Of a DNA stretch of 11,794 bases, positions 5,630 through 11,794 are shown one piece after another. Below the pieces are notes generated by a model. It saw nothing but the letters and a program-made list of their open reading frames with translations, searched no databases and had not been told where the DNA came from. Made by a program: the position numbers and the translations under genes. The stretch covers positions 1-11,794 of the forward strand of contig JAEOUH010000059.1 in assembly GCA_016839365.1 (NCBI GenBank), written 5' to 3'. This DNA comes from Candidatus Hermodarchaeota archaeon (GTDB lineage: Archaea > Asgardarchaeota > Hermodarchaeia > Hermodarchaeales > Hermodarchaeaceae). Each line of letters begins with the position of its first letter. Within the stretch, counting starts at the first letter, position 1.

Positions 5630-6832
5630 TTGACATCAGAAGTGTATTTTGGATCGATCCAACAAGGGCGGGACGCCGAATTCGCCTCCCTTGGAGCAAA
5701 ACTCGGCAAACTCCTTGAACATCTCGATTTCTCTACCATCGAGAAAAATGACAAGGTTGCCATTAAGATGCACCTTGGATTCTCCGATGGCTATCAAACT
5801 GTGCCCGTGTTTTTTGTTCGACGCATCGTTAAAGCTGTCAAAGAAACTGGTGGCTGGCCCTTTGTCACCGACAATCCCACCTCCATCTACAACGCCGTCG
5901 ACCGCGGTTACACCCAAGAAACCTGCGGATGCCCCCTCATCCCCGTAGCTGGTGTCAAAGACGGTTACACCAAACCAGTCAAAGTGGACTTTAACAAGGT
6001 CAAAGAACTCGATATGGGCGGCGTCCTCCACGACGCTGATGTATTGATTGACCTCACCCACGCCAAAGGCCACGCCAACTGTGGCTACGGCGGCGCTATC
6101 AAAAACATCGCCCTCGGTGGTTACTCGGGCCCCTCACGCTGGAATAAAATCCATGGGATCGAAAACGTCTACCCCTGGTGGGACGCGAAGAAAGCCTCCC
6201 CCGAACATGCCCAGAAACTAGTCGAAAGCTGCCCCTACAGCGCGCTCCGCTATGACAAGGAGAAACACCAACTCAATATCGCCCGCTTTCAATGCCACTA
6301 TGGCAACTGTACCGAATGCATCAAAGCCGACAAAGACGTTGGAGCCCTCAACCTCCAACCCGAACAATTCGAAGCCTTCCAAGAATTCATGGCCATTGCC
6401 GCCCAAAAAGTCCTCGACACCTTCGACGACAATAAACGCTTCTTCATCAACGTGGCCCTTCAGATCACTGCCCATTGCGATTGCGTGGGCCTTCCTCAGC
6501 CGGTGATTGTCCCGGAGATAGGGATTTTGGCGAGTCGTGATATTGTGGCGGTGGAGCAGGCAACCTTGGATTTAATCAAAGAGAAAGGTCTTATTGAGAG
6601 TGAGATTCCGCCATACTTCAAGCACATCAAACTGGATTCAGGCGTTGATTTTTCGCATCCGTTCGCTCGGTTGTGGGGACCATACAAGAATCCGTATTTG
6701 GTGACAAAACATGCGGAGAAGTTAGGGATGGGTCAACGAGAGTATACCCTGGTTGAGGTGCTTTCGCCGAAGAAGACGATGAAGATGAAACCTCCTAAAC
6801 ACGTGTTTGAACGTGCTCCGTCTTTCTACTAA
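5630..6832 (+). CDS. DUF362-family Fe-S protein with ferredoxin-like insertion
   Basis: TTG start with SD GGTGA (5620-5624). SEVYF, KVAIKMHLG, PFVTD, THAKGH..GYGGAIKNIALG, HCDC and GILASRDIVAVEQATLDLI are typical of this family. Confidence 0.85.
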   Translation: MTSEVYFGSIQQGRDAEFASLGAKLGKLLEHLDFSTIEKNDKVAIKMHLGFSDGYQTVPVFFVRRIVKAVKETGGWPFVTDNPTSIYNAVDRGYTQETCGCPLIPVAGVKDGYTKPVKVDFNKVKELDMGGVLHDADVLIDLTHAKGHANCGYGGAIKNIALGGYSGPSRWNKIHGIENVYPWWDAKKASPEHAQKLVESCPYSALRYDKEKHQLNIARFQCHYGNCTECIKADKDVGALNLQPEQFEAFQEFMAIAAQKVLDTFDDNKRFFINVALQITAHCDCVGLPQPVIVPEIGILASRDIVAVEQATLDLIKEKGLIESEIPPYFKHIKLDSGVDFSHPFARLWGPYKNPYLVTKHAEKLGMGQREYTLVEVLSPKKTMKMKPPKHVFERAPSFY

Positions 6833-6918
6833 AGATAACTGCTAATCATTCTCAAGCCCAAATAGCTTTATCCTCGCTACTCAGACATGGCTGCTTCAAA
6901 TCAGAACTAATGTGTAGT

Positions 6919-6956
6919 AAAAAGAGGGGGGAGTCAATAGGGGTGAACCTATTGAC
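6919..6956 (-). terminator. Hairpin + pyrimidine/U-tract terminator of the small membrane protein gene
   Basis: Perfect 9-bp stem GTCAATAGG/CCTATTGAC (6933-6956) just past the stop codon. The minus strand continues CCCCCCTCTTTTT. Confidence 0.65.
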
Positions 6957-6960
6957 GAGG

Positions 6961-7296
6961 CTATGCAGAATTGCCTTCAGCGATGGCTCCTCCAATGAGG
7001 ACAAATAGCCCTGGGAGGAAACCGCCAAAGAGTAATCCAAGGATGCCTGTGATTATCAACCCGGCCCTATGGGCGGATGGCTCGTGGCGCCATTGAAACC
7101 AAAGGACGGTGAAGATAAGGCTAATAATTCCACCGATGAAAAAGAAGGCAGGAACGATGAGAATCCAAATATCAAAGATTCCAAAAATCAGCGGTAGAAT
7201 GAAGGTGAATACTCCAAAGCCAATGAGTGCGATTGAGAAGAGGAGCTGTAGAATCGCACCCACGAGGACCAAAGTTGATGCGGTTTTATCTGACAT
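6961..7296 (-). CDS. Small multi-pass membrane protein (DUF4064-like), ~111 aa
   Basis: 3-4 hydrophobic Gly-rich helices (GLIITGILGLLFGGFLPGLFVLIGGAIA). Start moved to ATG 7296 because an AAGGTG SD lies ~7 nt upstream. Confidence 0.75.
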   Translation of the reverse strand: MSDKTASTLVLVGAILQLLFSIALIGFGVFTFILPLIFGIFDIWILIVPAFFFIGGIISLIFTVLWFQWRHEPSAHRAGLIITGILGLLFGGFLPGLFVLIGGAIAEGNSA

Positions 7297-7407
7297 GATT
7301 GTGCACCTTGAATCCATATTCAGAAGAATATCCCTAAATAGTTATGCCGATGCCGTCTTTCAGAGACAATCAATATGACCGTGGTACGAGCAGTCTGGCA
7401 TGTTGTA

Positions 7408-7424
7408 AAGGAAGAGTTTTTATA
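7408..7424 (+). promoter_or_regulatory. Putative BRE+TATA (AAGGAAGAG TTTTTATA) upstream of proS
   Basis: Consensus-like archaeal promoter ~170 nt upstream of the proS start. Confidence 0.5.
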
Positions 7425-7591
7425 CACCAAATCGGGTGATGACACCTGAGGTTTGAGCAGATGATAGGTGTTCACTTTCCCGTTTGCCTACCAATCCTTT
7501 AAGACCATCCATTCCATTTTTACTGCTCAACATCTTCTAGATTTATCATTTGAGTTTCACAAAGTGGTTATTCATTTCGGCAGGTGACAAT

Positions 7592-9085
7592 ATGGCGAAG
7601 AAAGTTAAGAAAATGAAAGCAGAACAAGAAGAAGTCGTAACTTTCCACTATGATAAGGTTGGAGACTTTTCCAATTGGTTTACTGAAATCAACAAACGAG
7701 CGGAACTCACAGATCAACGCTATGGTGTAAAAGGGTTGGTTGTGTTCCGCGCGTGGACAACCGTGACCTTAAAGATCATGTATCGGTTACTCGAGGAAGA
7801 CCTCGAACATCACGGACATCTTCCCGTTATTTTTCCTGCCTTAGTTCCTGAATCGAATTTAATAAAAGAAGCCGAGCACGTGGAGGGCTTTGCCCCGGAA
7901 GTGTTTTGGTGTACACGGTCTGGTGCTGATAATATCTTTGATGAGCCGCTAGCACTTCGTCCGACTAGCGAATCCGCCATGTATCCTCTCTATGCGCTCT
8001 GGATTCGTAGTTGGCGGGATCTTCCTTTCAAACGGTATCAGAGTGTAGCCATCTGGCGGTATGATACAAAGATGACCCGACCCTTCTTGCGTGGACGTGA
8101 ATTTTACTGGATTGAAGCCCACGATGTGTTCGCTACAGCAAAAGAAGCTGAAGAACAAGTGCTAGAAGATCTGGCAATAACAAAGAACTTCGTGCAAGGC
8201 CACTTGGCCTTCCCCATCATTGTATTGATTCGTCCTCAATGGGATAAGTTCCCTGGCGCTGTTTATACGGTTGCGGGTGAATCGATATTACCGGATGGTC
8301 GTTTCATACAGAATTCGACCAGTCATATGCTAGGTGATAACTTCGCCCGTGCCTATGGAGTGAAGTATGTGGATGAAAATGAGGAAGAACAGTATGCCCA
8401 GCAGACTTGTTTTGGTCCTGGGCTCAGTCGAATGTATGGAGCTCTCATAATTATGCACGGCGACGATGATGGGTTAATCCTCCCCTTTGATCTAGCCCCA
8501 GTGCAGGTGGTTATCGTTCCAATTCCTAAAAAAGGAGCGAAAAAAGCAGTTGAAGCACGCTGTCTGGACCTCGAAGTCATCTTACGTAAAGCTGGATATC
8601 GAGTTCACTTCGACAACACAGAGAAACGGCCTGGTGAGAAATATTATCATTGGGAGATGCGTGGAGTTCCGTTACGAATAGAAATTGGAAACCGTGAAGT
8701 CCAGGATAACACGGCGATAATCTTTCGCCGAGACCTTCGAAGCCGGAACACCATTCCATTGGATAAATTGGTTAAGGCCGTAAAACAAGCAGGGAAAGCG
8801 GTTACCAAAGAACTCTGGCGTAGAGCAAAAGAACGTTTTGATAATTCATTCAAGAACGCAGATACCTTTGACGAAATCTGTGACATCATAAACCAAAATA
8901 AAGCAGCTCGAATTAGCTTCTGTACCTTGGAAATGAAAGGATTAGCCTGTGCAGAAAAAATCAAGGATGCGACCGGTGCTGATATCCGTGGTGTGAAACT
9001 CGGAGAAAATGAGAAACCTTGGGGATTGTGCCCTATGTGTGGAGAGCCAGCAACGGTAGTAGCCTATGTTGGAAAACAATACTAG
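7592..9085 (+). CDS. proS: Proline--tRNA ligase, archaeal/eukaryotic type
   Basis: KEAEHVEGFAPEVFW, LALRPTSE, WIRSWRDLP, motif 2 RPFLRGREF, HGDDDGLILP, anticodon domain PGEKYYHWEMRGVPLRIEIG, C-terminal Zn site CPMC and terminal Tyr. SD GGTGA (7583-7587) supports ATG 7592 over TTG 7550. Confidence 0.97.
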   Translation: MAKKVKKMKAEQEEVVTFHYDKVGDFSNWFTEINKRAELTDQRYGVKGLVVFRAWTTVTLKIMYRLLEEDLEHHGHLPVIFPALVPESNLIKEAEHVEGFAPEVFWCTRSGADNIFDEPLALRPTSESAMYPLYALWIRSWRDLPFKRYQSVAIWRYDTKMTRPFLRGREFYWIEAHDVFATAKEAEEQVLEDLAITKNFVQGHLAFPIIVLIRPQWDKFPGAVYTVAGESILPDGRFIQNSTSHMLGDNFARAYGVKYVDENEEEQYAQQTCFGPGLSRMYGALIIMHGDDDGLILPFDLAPVQVVIVPIPKKGAKKAVEARCLDLEVILRKAGYRVHFDNTEKRPGEKYYHWEMRGVPLRIEIGNREVQDNTAIIFRRDLRSRNTIPLDKLVKAVKQAGKAVTKELWRRAKERFDNSFKNADTFDEICDIINQNKAARISFCTLEMKGLACAEKIKDATGADIRGVKLGENEKPWGLCPMCGEPATVVAYVGKQY

Positions 9086-9117
9086 CGCAACTGGCTAGTG
9101 GCAAATTGATGCTTAGG

Positions 9118-9525
9118 CTAATTTGGACGATGTAGTTCCATCCATCGTCGCATAGCTATATATTTTCCAGGAAAGTTTCGATCGATGTAAAGGAAGACAG
9201 TGTAAAGGAGGTCGCGGTCAAATTCGGGGCCGAAGGCCACATCTTGGGCACCTTCGTCACCATAAAAGTAGATATTCTCGCTGGGCTTAACTGTAATACT
9301 GGCTTCGTTGCCGTCAACATAATAGTCCCAGTGAACAAAGAGTTTAGAAAAGAAATCGACATCCAGCGGGCGTTGTAGTGTAATGTTAGCGTAACCGGAA
9401 GCAGTGACTTCTATCTCTAAATCACCGAGATAAATAGTGTCCCCTGAAATGAGAGGCTCTACTCCAGCCAGAAGTGAAAGCAATGCCTCTTTGCATGATT
9501 GCTTAGCGGCTTGATTCGTAGACAA
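9118..9525 (-). CDS. Hypothetical acidic soluble protein, 135 aa
   Basis: Fills the gap convergent to proS with protein-like composition and a TTG start. No family recognised. Confidence 0.65.
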   Translation of the reverse strand: MSTNQAAKQSCKEALLSLLAGVEPLISGDTIYLGDLEIEVTASGYANITLQRPLDVDFFSKLFVHWDYYVDGNEASITVKPSENIYFYGDEGAQDVAFGPEFDRDLLYTVFLYIDRNFPGKYIAMRRWMELHRPN

Positions 9526-9634
9526 TGCCCGATATCCCAGATGACCATTACGACAATCGGGTTTTAATTTTACGTTTCGCCTCGAACGATGACGCTAAAA
9601 TTGTAATATGTTCACATAATCCCTATTAGCGGTT

Positions 9635-10099
9635 TTAGTCGGATGCTTTCGCTTGAAGCAAGTCATAAGCTAGCCCGGTTGTAATTTGGATGATATCCCG
9701 GCATTTGGTCTCCCACAGCTTTTGCTGTCGATACTCAGTCACCCCATCCTCTCCGGAGATATCCAATCCCAGGATATCCTTACATCGAATGTGACCAAGC
9801 CGGGCGTTGAAAAGATTCACCATTCTCTGACTATACTCATATGCCGATTGCCCCTCTAACGTTTCTAAAGGATGATTGCGACCAAATTTTATTCCCAATC
9901 CCATGATGGCTCCTGATAAGGCCCCACAGATTTCGCCATGTCGCCCTATTCCTGCCCCAAATCCTGTCGCGATTCGAGGTATTATTTCACTTTTCATATT
10001 CAAAGCTTTACTTAGGGCAAGAAGAACAGATTCTGAACAGAGAAACCCTTCTTCTGCAAAAGCCTTGGCTTGGTTCACCACCTCTTTTTTCGACAACAT
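9635..10099 (-). CDS. C_GCAxxG_C_C family putative redox-active protein
   Basis: CSESV, GFGAGIG..GEICGALSGA, IRC and KC cysteine pattern. SD AGGTGA (10110-10105) favours ATG 10099. Confidence 0.88.
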   Translation of the reverse strand: MLSKKEVVNQAKAFAEEGFLCSESVLLALSKALNMKSEIIPRIATGFGAGIGRHGEICGALSGAIMGLGIKFGRNHPLETLEGQSAYEYSQRMVNLFNARLGHIRCKDILGLDISGEDGVTEYRQQKLWETKCRDIIQITTGLAYDLLQAKASD

Positions 10100-10139
10100 C
10101 AAACTCACCTTTCTTGTTCACCAGTAAGTATTTCTTCAA

Positions 10140-11792
10140 TTAATTTTTGGTCGTATCAGCACTTGCTATTTCCGATTCATCTTCTGCATCGGGGGTTAAA
10201 GATGGATCTTGGCGATAACGCCACAATACCAACCCAAGGGTAATCAACCAAATGGGAAGGACAATGAGTTGCAATAAGGGTGCAAGGAAGGAAACGATTA
10301 CCAGGGTGACGGCGGAGCCAGCAATGAAGCCCACTGCTATAACTTGGCCTTTTTTAGCAAACCACTCTTTTCCGAATTTTCGATTTGTATAGAGCCGCAG
10401 GAAACCTCCGATAGAAAAGGGAATAAAGTAAGAGGGTGGGAGAAACATGGCCAACGCAACACCCAGCGTGGAAATGGGAAACGCTACAGCAAGTAAGCCA
10501 ACAACGACGCCAGCGAACACGAAGACAATGATATTGAATCCTGCCGCAAGAGCGTTGAGGGCAAAGATCGATACAATAGCAAATCCCTGAAGGACTCCAA
10601 CTGCAGGAAATACTTCCGTTGGAAATCCAATCAGATACCACGCTGCTAACACGAAAACAACACTCGTGATTGTTCCTGGAATGATTTTTAGCAGCTGAGC
10701 AATGAGAATGGACCGGCGTGGTGTTTCAGTCATTGCTCCAATTTTGAGATTTCCAAGAGTATCTGTTGTCGTGAAGGGGTTGATAGCCGGATAGGCGAGA
10801 AAGGGGATGTAGCCTTCCAACCCGATTACTGCCAGGGGGATTTCATAGAACGCCAGCCGCTGGACACCCATACCGATACCTGCTTCGCCAACGAATTTGA
10901 CGAGAACAAAGGTATCAATCAAAGCAATAGGTAACAGTAAGATCAAGGCGATGATAACAGAGGCCCATATCGGTAACGGTGAGAAGACGTTGAGAATAAT
11001 AATGATGAACACGAAAATGATGATGATGGACAAGTAGGCTAACCCGAGCCGACGATTATGGGCTAATCCAAGGAAGTAGGTTTTTGCATATGTACCGAAA
11101 CCGACGGTTCCACCTTCTTGCTCGTCCTCATCTTGTTGTGTTTTTGTGTTGGCTGAATTATTCCTTTTCTGTAATTTCGCAATAACGAATACGACAATCC
11201 CACTCAGAAGCATGATTCCGAGGGCGGGTGCCAGCATGTATTCGAAAAGCAGGTTGAAGTACATGTCCATGCCTGTGAATCCTGGTGTCACGACTCCGAA
11301 GTTCACTAAAATTGGGGAAATCACCAAGTACGTGATAATCCCAGCGAACAGCATCGTAATCGAAACCTTGGGGTCGATGATGTATGAGATAGCCATGAGG
11401 CTAATATTCAACATGAATCCTAACGCAAAGCCTGGAAGCATCAAGGGTGTAAAGTCCCAGCTAAGTGTAGTGAACCCAAAGGGCATGACCAAGACATTGA
11501 TGAAATACTGAATAACGGTGATGAAGATCCCGATGCCCAGCCAACGGAACATGAAGCGACTTTGTTGACCCGTTTCCATACAAGTGTTAATTGTTACTCC
11601 ACTTGCCTGATAGAAAGGAAACTTGGTCTGTTTGCGGGACTGTACATAATCGGTAACCGCTAAGGCTGCAATGAATCCTAGTATTGTACTAAGCCAGACG
11701 AAACCAAGATGAAACAAGATTGGTGGGATCCAGCTTGGATCGAAGGGGCTTCCGTAGAGCAGTATATCCTTGGGAGGAACCAACCACCAGGG
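10140..11792 (-). CDS. OPT-family (oligopeptide/YSL-like) transporter, 5'-truncated by window edge
   Basis: Many TM helices. NLKIGAMTETPRRSILIAQLL resembles the OPT DLKxG..TP..Q motif, and GVALAMFLPP...IGG and GFIAG match OPT C-terminal motifs. Frame is open to the window end. Confidence 0.75.
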   Translation of the reverse strand, partial: PWWLVPPKDILLYGSPFDPSWIPPILFHLGFVWLSTILGFIAALAVTDYVQSRKQTKFPFYQASGVTINTCMETGQQSRFMFRWLGIGIFITVIQYFINVLVMPFGFTTLSWDFTPLMLPGFALGFMLNISLMAISYIIDPKVSITMLFAGIITYLVISPILVNFGVVTPGFTGMDMYFNLLFEYMLAPALGIMLLSGIVVFVIAKLQKRNNSANTKTQQDEDEQEGGTVGFGTYAKTYFLGLAHNRRLGLAYLSIIIIFVFIIIILNVFSPLPIWASVIIALILLLPIALIDTFVLVKFVGEAGIGMGVQRLAFYEIPLAVIGLEGYIPFLAYPAINPFTTTDTLGNLKIGAMTETPRRSILIAQLLKIIPGTITSVVFVLAAWYLIGFPTEVFPAVGVLQGFAIVSIFALNALAAGFNIIVFVFAGVVVGLLAVAFPISTLGVALAMFLPPSYFIPFSIGGFLRLYTNRKFGKEWFAKKGQVIAVGFIAGSAVTLVIVSFLAPLLQLIVLPIWLITLGLVLWRYRQDPSLTPDAEDESEIASADTTKN

Positions 11793-11794
11793 TA

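Noticed and set aside
7436-7470. C/D box sRNA (GTGATGA..CTGA..ATGATAG)
   Set aside because: Only 3 nt lie between the C and D' boxes and there is no terminal D box, so no guide regions.
9635-10099. Selenoprotein form of the C_GCAxxG_C_C protein
   Set aside because: All motif positions are Cys codons, with no in-frame TGA.
130-11511. Other short track ORFs nested in or antisense to the large genes
   Set aside because: They overlap well-supported CDSs and lack motifs or translation signals.

Overview
This is an archaeal genomic window. Evidence: archaeal/eukaryotic-type ProRS, GGTGA-type Shine-Dalgarno (SD) motifs and BRE/TATA-like promoters. An Asgard-type archaeon is plausible but is only an inference. 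The large genes, in order, are: a 5'-truncated membrane protein with a C-terminal helix-hairpin-helix domain, an orphan TaqI/Eco57I-like N6-adenine methyltransferase, a winged-helix regulator, a membrane-anchored beta-lactamase-family serine hydrolase, a DUF362 Fe-S protein, a small membrane protein, proS, a hypothetical protein, a C_GCAxxG_C_C protein and a 5'-truncated OPT-family transporter. The most interesting part is the ~1.4 kb apparently empty region 4215-5629. It holds three SD-led small ORFs missed by the ORF track (45, 27 and 48 aa) that share C-x-N-P and C-terminal LLFxRR motifs. It also holds two tandem ~120-nt structured RNA-like modules with a shared ACAAC...GUUGUCU hairpin and anti-SD-like loops, one complementary to the SD of two of the small ORFs. 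A phased (~21-bp) palindromic operator, T(C/A)TC-N7-GA(G/T)A, recurs here and upstream of the regulator and the DUF362 gene. Together these suggest an undescribed co-regulated small-peptide/sRNA system; its function is inference only.
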